NCBI GenBank assembly: GCA_032718475.1
Contig: JAUCBJ010006637.1
Location: forward strand, 1-64,000
Source of the DNA: Nemertoderma westbladi
Lineage: Eukaryota > Animalia > Xenacoelomorpha
Direction of reading: 5' to 3'
Length of the DNA: 64,000 bases
In this document: positions 36,603 to 49,013 of the stretch, one piece after another
How positions within the stretch are numbered: the stretch's first letter is position 1
Layout: every line of letters starts with the position of its first letter
Program-made: the position numbers and the translations under genes
Notes under the pieces: generated by a model
What the model saw: the letters and a program-made list of their open reading frames with translations, nothing else
What the model was told of the DNA's origin: nothing
Databases searched by the model: none

Positions 36603-39600
36603 TAGGGGAAACGCGAGTGATCTTTCTCCAGCTTACAATATTCCTCCATCCGTTCGAAGCTATCCGGTACAACAGGTAGCGATCGATCGGCGGTAAGATA
36701 CATCATAGTGGAATAGAGCCGTTTGAGTTCTACCATGCGGTCATGATGTATACCTTGAGGATATCGAGTTTCTAGATTCTGTTGACTGGTAATATCGAGA
36801 TAGGTTTCTCTCAAGCATTCCAGGTATTTGGTGGAGTCGCTGCGTTTATCCGGCTCTTCGACATCTGCACTTTCGAGTCGGTTTCGAATAGAATTTTCGT
36901 GTTCGAGTCTCAGTTTATCGTTCCGCTTCCGCTGGGTATGATATTTAAATAAACCATTTCCCTTTGGTGTCTATATCGTTCGTATCGTGTAGGTCGATAG
37001 GATGACCAGTAGTTAAGAAGTCCATATACGTACCATTACGATGCGTATAGCGAGCGGTGAATTTTCTACAGTCTAACCCACGCGCAAGTTGCTCCCGGGA
37101 CATTGGCGGTTAGATATAACGACCATCGTCCTCCGTAGTAGTGGGACCAGCGTCGCCGCGTATCAAGCTATCAACAAACGCTTGTAAAGGTAGAGTATAT
37201 CGTTCCCTGATACCAAGATCATCTTCTATCAACTCAATCATATCTGCTATATAAGTTTATCCATATTATAATGAGTTTATATTTAGGCGAGCCGGCGTCG
37301 CTGCCTACCCCTCTCTGCCCCCGGACAGTGCGAGATCCTCAGCGCTGGTGTACTTTCGCCGATGTGCCTATCGCCAACGTCGTAGCTGCACAACGACTAC
37401 AACAACCAACACGAGCCACTCCACCGTCCGTCCCAAAGGCTTAGATATACTTCAGGTTCTTACTGGAGAGTTAGGGTTACTTTCACAATTGCGACTCGCT
37501 ACTGTAAACACACCTTAGTAGTAACATTCACCTACAAACGCACAAATTCCACGTAACAGTCACAAATGGTACACATTCTATCACACATTCGGGTCATTTG
37601 TCCGTTAGTCAAGTGCCTTCCAGAATGTCACGTTGTTATTATGTATCCTTGGATACTAGCGGTGTGCTATTTATTCCGTATGCTATTCAATACGCAAGCC
37701 CTTTATTGTTCTTTTAACTCACTTCTAATTCTAGCGTGGTTGTTGCCATGGTGACATTATGGAAAGCTAGCGGTAGAATTAGGGTAATTCTCATGCATAC
37801 AGATCTGGGATGCTATTTAATAGTAAGTCTTTAATGGTCAATATCCCTTTTATACATGATTTTATGAATTTTATCGGCTATTGACTATACATTGGAGATT
37901 CTCGCACACAAATACACTTAATAGAGTGAATCTCCGCTCCCATGATCTATTAATTAATGGAATTTTGGGAATGTTATAAATTGTACAAAATGACAATTTA
38001 TTAAATTCATTTAAATATATGAATTTAAATTTATTCCCGTAAATTTTATTATTTAATGTTAAATAGACACAATTTTATTCCAGAACGTGTCTGGGGACTG
38101 GGGTCCTTGATTCTAGGAATTTTGTCCTTTTAAGAGTATCGGTAAGTGCTACGATATCTTAATCGACTAGAATTTTAAAGGATCTAATATTTGACAGATT
38201 TTTGTAAATATTAATAATTAATATTTAGGATGGGCACCAGTTTATTCCAGAACTTGTCTGGGGACGTTAACCACTGATTCTAGAATTTGTCTTTCAAGTA
38301 TATCGGTGGGTGCCGCGATATCTTAATCGACTAGAATTACAGATGGTCAAAGGGTTTAACAGATTTATTTTGCGTTGTACGCTACTGTTAAAAGGACATC
38401 ACGCTACTATATGTATTATTTAATATACGGTATGAGAGCAATATCGCACGAAGCAATGTCAGTGTGAAGAGGCAAGTCGTTTCCAAGGTCTACCCAGAGC
38501 TTGGTTTAGCCGAGACACGAGGATCTGAACTTTGCATTCCTAATACTCTGCCTACCAATAATACTTAAATATAGTAGTGGCTTTATTGTACTTTAATAAG
38601 TACGGACATTTCATCTTACTGTAGTCACGTATTTATAATATGATACGGGCAGTAAGGAAAGAGAAAAATAATTATTTCTCGCCGTCGCACTAAATATATA
38701 ATATACGTAATTAAATAATAAACGCGAATATATATTGCACTAATCTACTAAATAATCTCTAAAATACCATACTACTAAATAAAATTAAATAAAACGATTA
38801 AAATAAAATTACATAATAATACATACATAAATATAAAAATAAAACAAATACAAAATAATAGAGTCACACACCCACTCCATATGTTGTTACGTTATGGAGT
38901 CCCTAGATGTTTGAAGGATTAGGGAGGTGGTCGTGGGAAGAGAATCTTGCCTTCCACAGTTTCCGGAGAGTCCTCCATTCCCTTCCGGTAAACACAAACG
39001 ACCGACTGGGTGATTGAGTCGCTGCATCCCGAATACAATTCCAGGTTTCCTCTTCGTCCTGGAATAGTGACGATAGAAACATCGCTCTAGGTACACGACG
39101 GCCTTACAAAGCCGATTCCAGGAGCTATAGTGGTCCGTCGCTCCCTGCAGGAGAGGTGAGAGTCCCTGCGAGACGTCTGATGTTCCAGAGCTCCAGTCGC
39201 TCTCTCTGATCTTCATGAAGGATCCACTCGCGGTGGGGAGGTCCAGATCCACGGCGTCGTCCCTGGCAATATGTAATACCGACAGATCTATCCCGGGTTC
39301 AAATAACTCCGATCCACCCGTCCGGGTTTTAGGTTTGACTTTCTCCGCTCCCTTGGCTGGTCTAATCTCAGTCGGAGTAAGATGGGGAGGCCATTCATCC
39401 TCCTTACTCAGGAAGTCGGGTTCACCTAACCGGTCTGTAGTATCTGTCAGTTCTTGAGGAGTTGCTCCTCTGGAAGCGATGTCAGTTGGATTAAACTTCT
39501 TGGGGCAATATCTCCATTGATCTACATTGGAGCTAATATCGTCATTATCTGAGGAGTATGGTGTTCCCTCAGTTGGGTCGTCTCCCTCACTAGTATCATC

Positions 39601-42600
39601 TTCCCATTCACTCACCTGGCAGACGCGATCTTGAAGCAGTCTTTCTCTGAGCGTTCTTCGGGAAGGTCCAGTAAGGTACCAACCTACTCTAGTTCTTACC
39701 GCATAGGTCTGAAGTGGTTGCGGTTGAGCAGGTCGTTTCTCCAATGTCTCCAGCGCCTCATGCGCGTTTTGACCGATTAATATTTGTACTCCAGGATAAT
39801 CGGTGTCGAATCTAGGAATGTTAAGTTGTTGGGCATGATCATCTTCGTCCCAATTATAAGGTTCCACTTGGGTGGTAGCGAAGTTCTTTATTGCCACCAT
39901 TTTGACTGACCTTATACTGTGTTCTCCTAGTTTATCCTGTGGAGTGGACAACTCACCTATATAATAGTCGGCAGCCACAGCAGATTTCCAAACCTGTATG
40001 ATCCCTGACATGTTTAGCTTGGTTCGGAACTTGGGTTGTCCAGCAAAGATGTCTTCGGCTAGTTATTTATCGATGAATGTTCCTGTGCTGCCGGAGTCCA
40101 GGAGGGCGTTCACTATATAGCTCTTCTGAGGTCCGTGGACCCGTAACTGGACTACAGGAAATTCTCGGATTCCTACATTTGAAGTTGGCGCTTTCCAAGA
40201 TTGTTGTTGATCTGAAGTAGTTAGGGTGAGGTCGCTGTCTGTGTCTTTCTCATACATGAGTGCTCGATACACTGCGGTGGTGTTTATTAAGTAACAGGAT
40301 TCGTTTTGGTCGGAGAATTCGTCCGTATAGAATCCTTCCATCTCAGAACTTGGGTCAGTGTCGTTCACATCACTGAATTGGACATGTAGTTGTTCGGACT
40401 CACTTACCTGACTCGGGCTGCTTCGTTCGAATTCAGTGTGCAACAAGATATGATGTTTTGCACCGCACTTTGCACACCTTGCGTCGGAGTAACAGGTTCG
40501 CCGTTGGTGTCCTCGTCTGAGGCAATTATAACACAACCGCTTATCCCACATGACTTCCCGTCTCTCTTTTAATGATTTCTTTAAGAATTCATCGCACATA
40601 TTCAAGCGGTGGGGCCCGTCGCACAGCACACATTTGGGTTTGATGTTACTTACTTTAACCTGTGCTGTGTGGTGCACACTTGTTCTTTCCTCGGGCTTTC
40701 TTACATGAATTCTCTTGGGAGACGTAGGAGGGGTTTTTCTTACCGGTTCTCTTCTGTCATTGGGTCGAGACTTGAATTTACTTACCTGTTCTATAGGCGC
40801 TTTATTGCCATAATAAGATCTTTCAGTGTCTTTTCCGCTGTCCTCTCCTTGAGAAGTCTGGCTTTCGCCGTCGTCTGTATAACACACTGGTGTTACCCTT
40901 CTCCTAGAAATGGGTTTCTCACTTACCTTGTTTTCCAGTGTCTTCTCTCTGGACTGCCTTAGGAGCTGTAATTTCACTTCTCCATCTAGGAATGACATGA
41001 GATCAGCCATGGTAGGGTCTCGTCGTTGTTGTTCCATCATATATAACACTTTCTTATCCCAGCGGGTACCTACTCCACCCTTTGGTAAAGTAGAAGCCAC
41101 TGCCCTAATAACCATAGTATTCTGATACTCATGAGACTTACCTAGCCAATCTAATTGTCTGCAGATCTCCTGAATCTCATCGGAAAACTCTATAATTCCG
41201 CTGCTAATAAACTTTCGGGGCGCTACCAACTTTGCATATAAATAACCAGCTATGTTATTCCTATTACCATACCTGATGTTTAGTGTATCCCAAACTTGTC
41301 TTAATCCGTCTGGATGTCCAATAAACTTTAACGCCATTAACTTGAGAGATCCTTCCAAGCACTCGATGAGGAATCTAAGTTTCTCTCCATTAGATAGTAC
41401 AGAGTTCTGTATGTTATCTTTGTAATATTCATTAAAAGGTAACCATTTCATCTCATCTCCATTGAACTTGACGATCTCTCCCACCTTTACCGCTTGCCGG
41501 GCTTCGGTTCTAGCCATTTGACGCGTAAAACTTTCTTGGGCCATCGTGTTATTTAATATCGAGTTATCGGTATATAAATTTCTCGGATTATGATCCGGTC
41601 TATAGGGAATATCATTATCAACAGGTCTATAATTACCCTTAATAGGGTTCACTATAGGAGTTTCTACTTCGCTAGCAGTATAGATGCGTGTAGGCTCCAC
41701 ACCTTGCGCATGAGATACTTCAGACCTAACAGGTTGACACATGGTTACAGGGGGTGGTGGTATACACCTTTGTGTATTTACTAATTTATCGCGTTCTAGC
41801 GCGATACTTTGCTGCACTTCTTGCAACTCTAGCCTACTTTCCCTTACTGTGCCTTTGAATTGTTGAACAGTCTCCTGCATCTGTCCGAGCAGGAGATCCA
41901 TCCCCCGTCGTCTCTCATCCACCCATTCGACCGCCGAAGCGGGATTCGCCAACGTTGTAGCGGGCGGACGAGGGACAACGGGCGACAAATCATGAATATT
42001 TCGCTCGGAGTCCAGGGTATGAACTGTCTCACGGACTGTTCTGCTGGGCACAGGTAGCTTAGTGCTGTGCAAAGGGAATTGAGAGGTAGGTTCAGGGAGT
42101 ACAGGTGTCTCTACGACCGAAAGGGTGGCTTCGGGAACAGACCTAACTATTTCGGGCTCATCTACTATAGTAGGGAGTCTCTCTATTGTAATTATTTGGT
42201 CTGTGGGTTCTGTACTACCTAAGTTGGTGTTATTTAGTTGCCTTCTAACAGCTGGAGGCAAATCAGGCAATTTTTGACGTTGGAATGTTCTTTTACGTCT
42301 GCTTAAGTGAGATCTACTTCCTTTGCCTTCAGTATCGGTGGTATCGCCTTCCTCAGATGATGTATATCCCTGTCTTTTGGGAGTAGATCGATTCATCATC
42401 TGCATATTACTAGCTGTTAACTGTTTATTTATGCAGTCTTGATTCTCCTGAATATTTTCCAATTCTAATTGGGCGATCTCTTCAGCCGCTCGCCGTTCTG
42501 CTTCTGCCGCTGCCATTTCCGCTTTTCTTTCCATTTCAGCTGCTTTTCTTTTCGCTTCTGCTGCTGCCACCTTTCTTTCCGCTTCGGCCGCCTTTCTTTG

Positions 42601-44157
42601 GGCTTCTACTGCTGCAGCTGCCGCCTTTCTTTCGGCTTCTACTGCTGCAGCTGCCGCTTTTGCCTCTGCCGCTGCCGCTTTTACCTCTGCCGCTGCCTCT
42701 GCCGCTTCTCTATCCACTTCTGCCGCTTTTCGTTCCGCTTCTGCCGCTGCTACTGCTGCTTTCTTTCTGTCTTCTATGCGTTTTTTCTTCACCCTTTCTT
42801 CTTGGTCTCTAGCGATGCGGAGTTGTTCATCGAATTTAGCTTGGTTCGCCGCTAACCTATCCACATCAATTGCGTCCAACACACGCTGGGCTCCTTCACT
42901 ATTAGGGCTAAGTCCATCTAGCCTTCTCCTCAACTCTTCGTCTCCCAAAAAACGCTGATAGTCTGACAGATAGATGTCAATGGCATCCTTCTTATGCGGT
43001 TTCTCTGCCGTCGCTTCACTTTCCACTTGGGAAAAAGTAGCGTCTGTTGATTCTCCATGGGTTGAGCGCTCCTCCAGCTGAGCTTTCCACTGAGCTGTTC
43101 CTTGAACCTGGCGACTCACCCGTTGAAACCAAGTCTTTACGGCAACTTGCAACGACGTGTCTTGTCTTCTTTTAGAAGCCTCTTCAAAGGCTGATAATAT
43201 TAGCCTGATTCGCAGAATTCTTTCTCTAACTTGATAAAGCAGTTGTCCCTGCTCTTGAGGTCCGGTCTTCAGGTTATGACTTAAACTAGACACAACGAAA
43301 AGGCTATAGATTCACGTATATGGCGCATTCTTTAGGAGATGCTTTGTTATCAGTTACAATCATACACAATGCTGCACAATACTGCACACTAATCTGCCGA
43401 CCTTCACTGAATTTAGTCACGCATAAAGAGAGCAACAGACAATTTATGTTGGGCATATGAAATAGCATTAGATTCACTTCAAACCACTCAACATAGGTCG
43501 CAATCGTTTATCTGTAACCGGTCTCTCTAACCTTTAGTATATCAAGAAGGTGGGGTGTCTGACTATTGATCAGTATTCCAAATATAATCTTCCATCAACA
43601 AATATAATGAATAACCGACAGCAAAAGCAGTAATGTAAGATATGAATTGCATAGATATGTATGATAAGATTGCTCGTTTGTGTAAATCGTTTGGTTAGTA
43701 TGATAACAGATATACGTTCTATAATTAAGCCTACTAATGTAAAGCTAAAGAATGCTGATATACGGAGGTGCCAAAAGCCGATGTTCTTAGGCTCTGGGCA
43801 AAAACATAACACTGAACTACTGAGTTCTGTATACACCTCCAACACAGAGACAAAAACGCTCTGATTGGTCAACCGAACAACGAGAGAACAAAGAAACAAA
43901 GAAACGTCGACGTGGCAATATCAGCTGTTAGCCATCGTCATGGTAGCGACACTGTTTTCAAGAGTATCCAGCTTATCGCGTCACGAGATTGCGGATTATG
44001 TCCTCTAAAGTACAAATACAGTACAAATACAGAAGAAATGACTTTTATGTCCTCTAAAACACCAGTACAGCAAGGACACGGCCTTTTTATGCCTGGCAAA
44101 CCAACTACAGAGTACTTTAAGGGAAAATAACCGGTTAATGACGCAAAAGCTTTTACA
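36603..44157 (-). mobile_element. BEL/Pao derivative (BEL-B), truncated and internally deleted
   Basis: Partial 5' LTR (~43272-44157, TGTAAAAG start on -) fused directly to gag. Contains gag-PR, small pol remnants and the 3' region, and is cut at the BEL-A LTR inside the accessory ORF. Confidence 0.92.
38887..43263 (-). pseudogene. BEL-B Gag-protease-remnant ORF (N-terminally deleted; in-frame TAA at 40063-40065)
   Basis: ORFs 40063-43293 and 38887-40011 are in one frame, separated by GAA>TAA (FIDK*LAED). RT and most of RH/IN are deleted in frame. Confidence 0.88.
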
Positions 44158-44595
44158 GCCCCCAAACTAAAACCGTTTTATGGATTTATTTTAAGCTCTG
44201 TGATCTGATTTTTAAGATATTTACCACAACACCAAAATGTTTATTACCATAGTTTATGCTACAAATGTAAATACATACTTTTATGGTCTATTTATGTAAA
44301 ACGTAATCCCATATTGTAAATGTGGCTGGTTGCGAGAAAAGGGACCTGGGGAAAAAATTTTCATTCTGAGAAAAACGCGTTTAAAGTTTGGCTCTTAAAA
44401 TCGACTGTTTTCATTGGTTTATTGGTCTTTATTGGGTTTTATTAGAGCGAAATTATTATACTAGTAATAATACTAAGCACCGTATACACTTGTTATTTTA
44501 GATTATCGTAGAATATCTGTAGCCTATTCTGTTAGTTATTGTACAAACAAGTTAACACACGAATAATTTAGAATTTATTATGGAAACTGAAGCAG

Positions 44596-45733
44596 TGTTC
44601 GCGCTTTCAGACCTTTAGCAGTTTAACCTGCCAAATTAGGATGTCTTCTAGATAATAGATAGTCTTTAGCCTACGACAAATATTTGATACACTACATTAG
44701 CCGAAACCAGTCTATGCGCGATCATTCACCCGCTGGATATACCCGGGAGACTGGATTCGGAAGCCTAATCGTATTGCGGGATAGGCCTACTGTATTATTC
44801 GACTGATCTTAATATATATAATCTCTGACAAATATTATTCACTTTCGGGAAATATTAACAGTTCCTTTAGGACGTGGCGCTCTAAATATATAAACAGAGT
44901 TATGACTTAAACCAGACGCAACGGGATGGCTATAGATTCACGTATATGGCGCATTCTTTAGGAGATGCTTCGTTATCAATCACAATCATACACAATGCTG
45001 CACAATGCTGCGCACCAATCTGCCGACCTTCACTAATTTTAGTCACATACAAAGAGAATAACAGACAATACATGTAGGGCCTATAAAATAGCATTAGATT
45101 CACTTCAAACCACTTAATGTAAGTCGCAATCGTTATATGTATCCGGTCTCTCTAACCTTTAGTATATCAAGAAGATTGGGGTGTCTGATTGTTTATCAGT
45201 ATTCCAAATATAATATTTCATCAACAAATATAATGAATAACCGACAGCAAAGCAGTAATGTTAAGGTATGAATGATTATGAGTGACTGAGATAACGGATA
45301 TACGTTCTATAATTAAGCCTACTAATGTTGATGCTAAAGACTGAAACACGGAGGTTCCACGCCGGTGTTGTAGGCTGTGGAAGAAATCACATACTGACTC
45401 ACTTCCCTAGATTCTATATACCATCTCCAACACAGAGGCAAAAAACGCTCTGATTGGTCGACCGAACAAAGAGAGAACAAAGAACAAAGAGATGTTCTAC
45501 GTGGCAATATCAGCTGTTAGCCGTCGTCATGGTATCTACACTGTTTCAAGAGGATCCGGCTTATTGCGTCATAGAATTGCTAATCATGTCCGCTAAAGTA
45601 CACATACGAAGAAATGGCTTTTATGTCCTCTAAAACAACAATACAGTAAGGACACGGCCTTTTATGCCGGTTAAACCAACTACAGAGTACTTTACGGGGA
45701 AAATAACCGGCTAATTACGCAAAAGCCTTTACA
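44596..45733 (-). repeat. BEL-C 3' LTR
   Basis: 1138 bp. About 5 substitutions and 1 indel versus 60879-62017; clearly diverged from the BEL-A LTR. Confidence 0.96.
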
Positions 45734-45759
45734 CCGCTCCCAGAAAATGGGATTTAAGT

Positions 45760-47333
45760 CTATAAAATATAACAAATCACAGTTTCTAAAATATAAAGAT
45801 ACTCTAAACAGTTAGTCTTTCTTACGCAGACGGCGTTTACGCAGTTTTTTGAGGCTAGCAAGAGTCCTTTTCTCTTTGGGGGGAGCCACTTTACTAGGAG
45901 GGCCATAACTCCTGGGTGAAGGGTGCAATATGATTGCATCAGAAGGTGTAGGATTATGGTCGAGGTATCTGCCGTTTCGATATGCTTCTCCTCGAGCTGA
46001 TTTTCCTCCGCTCGTAGCTGGATACGTTCATCCAAAAACTCTCGCAGAGAATAGGATCGTCCAAGTTCGATAACTTCCTAGAGATTCTGGATTTCCCGAT
46101 CGAACTGAGATATAGTTACTTTGTTTACCGCTTGGACTTGCTAGTGCAGTTTACGTTTATCTGAACAAGCGTAAGTTCCTTTTCTGATCTTTGTAGAATA
46201 GCGTCTAACTCATTTGGTACAACGCTCTCTGCCACTTTGGTGACAGGTTATATCGTGTTAAGCCGGGATGATGGTAAGGGTTAAACAGCGATATTAAATG
46301 TCCGCGTCCCAATCCTGCTAGGTAGGATGGGCTAATATCTAGGAAGCCCACAACCGGGGTGCCACCGACTAATTGTTCAGGTAACACTAGATCTTTGAAC
46401 AGTGAGTACAGCTCGGGAGGATCCGTCATACTAATAGGATCAAGAGTCTGAGGTCTCACTAGGGAATGAGGAGATCTGATCGAGTATTCCGAAACTCTGA
46501 TCATTGGTTTATTTAAGGATCGTCTGAGTCGAACGAGCGTAGGTGATACGTCAAACAAATTTCGCTCGAAACTCCCGCAAGTATAGCGAGTAAAACCGTG
46601 TTTAGTGCAACGTCTCCGCGGATGTTTATGTCTTTCCGTTTGTTGGTTGGGTCTTGGGCATTCATCGCAAAATACCAAAAACGCACGTCTTGTAGGGGAA
46701 ACGCGAGTGATCTTTCTCCAGCTTACAATATTCTTCCATCCGTTCGAAGCTATCCGGTACAACAGGTAGCGGTCGATCGGCGGTAAGATACATCATAGTG
46801 GAATAGAGCCGTTTGAGTTCTACCATGCGGTCATGATGTATACCTTGAGGATATCGAGTTTCTAGATTTTATTGACTGGCAATATTGAGATATGTTTCTC
46901 TCAGGAATTCCAGATAATCGTTGAAGTCGCTGCGTTTATCCGGCTCCTCAACGTCTTCTCTTTCGAGTCTGTTTCGAATAGAATTATCGTGTTCCATTCT
47001 CGGTTTATCGTTCCGCCTCCGCTGGGTAGGATATTTAAATCGTACCATTTCCCTTTTGGTGTCTATATCGTTCGTATCGTGTAGGTCGATAGGATGACCA
47101 GTAGTTAAGAAGTCCATATACGTACCATTACGATGCACATAGCGAGCGGTGCATTTTCTACAGTCCAACCCAAGCGCAAGTTGCTCCCGGGACATTGGCG
47201 GTTAGATATAACGACCATCGTCCTCCGTAGTAGTTGGACCAGCGTCGCCGCGTATCAAGCTATCAACAAACGCTTGCAAAGGTAGAGTATATCGCTCCCT
47301 GATACCAAGATCATCTTCTATCAACTCAATCAT
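45760..47333 (-). pseudogene. Accessory ORF of unknown function in the env position (about 520 codons; stops and frameshifts)
   Basis: Sense-strand fragments can be chained: MIELIEDDLG...RYI*PPMSREQ...NIASQ*NLETRYPQ...KDHSRFP / CDECPRP...HKHP..CTKH...YQMS / ...DERIQLRAEE. The TAA after ASQ is CAG in BEL-B. Confidence 0.65.
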
Positions 47334-49013
47334 ATCTGCTATATAAGTTTATCCATATTATAATGAGTTTATATTTAGGCGAGCGGGCGTCGCTGCCTAC
47401 CCCTCTCTGCCCCCGGACAGTGCAAGATCCTCAGCGCCGATGTACCGTCGTTGCTGTGCTTTCGCCAACGATGTAGCTACACAACGACAACGATAACTGG
47501 CACAAGTCACTCCACTGTCCGTCCCAAAGGCTTAGATGTACTTCAGGTTCTTACTGGAGAGTTAGGGTTACTTTCACAATTGCGACTCGCTACTGTAAAC
47601 ACACCTTAGTAGTAACATTCACCTACAAACGCACAAATTCCACGTAACTGTCACAAATGGTACACATTCTATCACACATTCGGGTCATTTGTCCATTAGT
47701 CAGTGCCTTCCAGAATGTCACGTTGTTATTATGTATCCTTGGATACTAGCGGTGTGCTATTTATTCCGTATGCTATTCAATGAGCAAGCCTTTTATTGTT
47801 CTTTTAACTCACTTCTAATTCTAGCGTGGTTGTTGCCATGGTGACATTATGGAAAGCTAGCGGTAGAATTAGGGTAATTCTCATGCATACAGATCTGGGA
47901 TGCTATTTAATAGTAATTCTTTAATTGTCAATATCCTCTCTATATATGATTTTAATAAATGTGATTTTGAAAATATGAAAATATGATTTTATGAATTTTA
48001 TCGGCTATTGACTATATATTGGAGATTCTCGCACACTGATACACTTAATAGAGTGAATCTCCGCTCCCATGATCTATTAATTAATGGAATTTTGGGAATG
48101 TTATAAATTGTACAAAATGACAATTTATTAAATTCATTGAAATATATGAATTTAAATTTATTCCCGTAAATTTTATTATTTAATGTTAAATAGACGTATT
48201 TTTATTCCAGAACGTGTCTGGGGACTGGGATCCTTGATTCTAGGAATTTTGTCTTTTTAAGAGTATCGGTAAGTGCTACGATATCTTAATCGACTAGAAT
48301 GTTAAAGGATCTAAAATTTGACAGATTTTGTAAATATTAATAATTAATATTTAGGATGGGCACCAGTTTATTCCAGAACTTGTCTGGGGACGTTAACCAC
48401 TGATTCTAAAATTTGTCTTTCAAGTATATCGGTGGGTGCCGCGATATCTTAATCGACTAGAATTACAGATGGTCAAAGGTTTAACAGATTTATTTGCGTT
48501 TTACGCTACTGTTATAGGGACATCACGCTACTATATGTATTATTATATATGGTATGAGAGCAATATCGCACGAAGCAATGTCAGTGAGAAGAGGCAAGTC
48601 GTTTCCAAGGTCTACCCAGAGCTTGGTTTAGCCGAGACACGAGGATCTGAACTTTGCATTCCTAATACTCTGCCTACCAATAATACTTGAATATAGTAGT
48701 GGCTTTATTGTACTTTAATAAGTACGGACATTTCATCTTACTATAGTCACGTATTTATAATATGATACGGACAGTAAGGAAAGAGAAAAATAATTATTTC
48801 TCGCCGTTGCACTAAATATATATTATAAGTAATTACGTAAGTAATAAACACTAATATATATTGCACTAATCTACTAAATAATCGCTAAAATAACATTCTA
48901 CTAAGTAAAATTAAAGAAAACGATTATAATTAAATTACATAATAATATATACATAATATAAAATAATAAAATAAATATAAAATAATATAGTCACACACCC
49001 ACTCCGTATGTTG

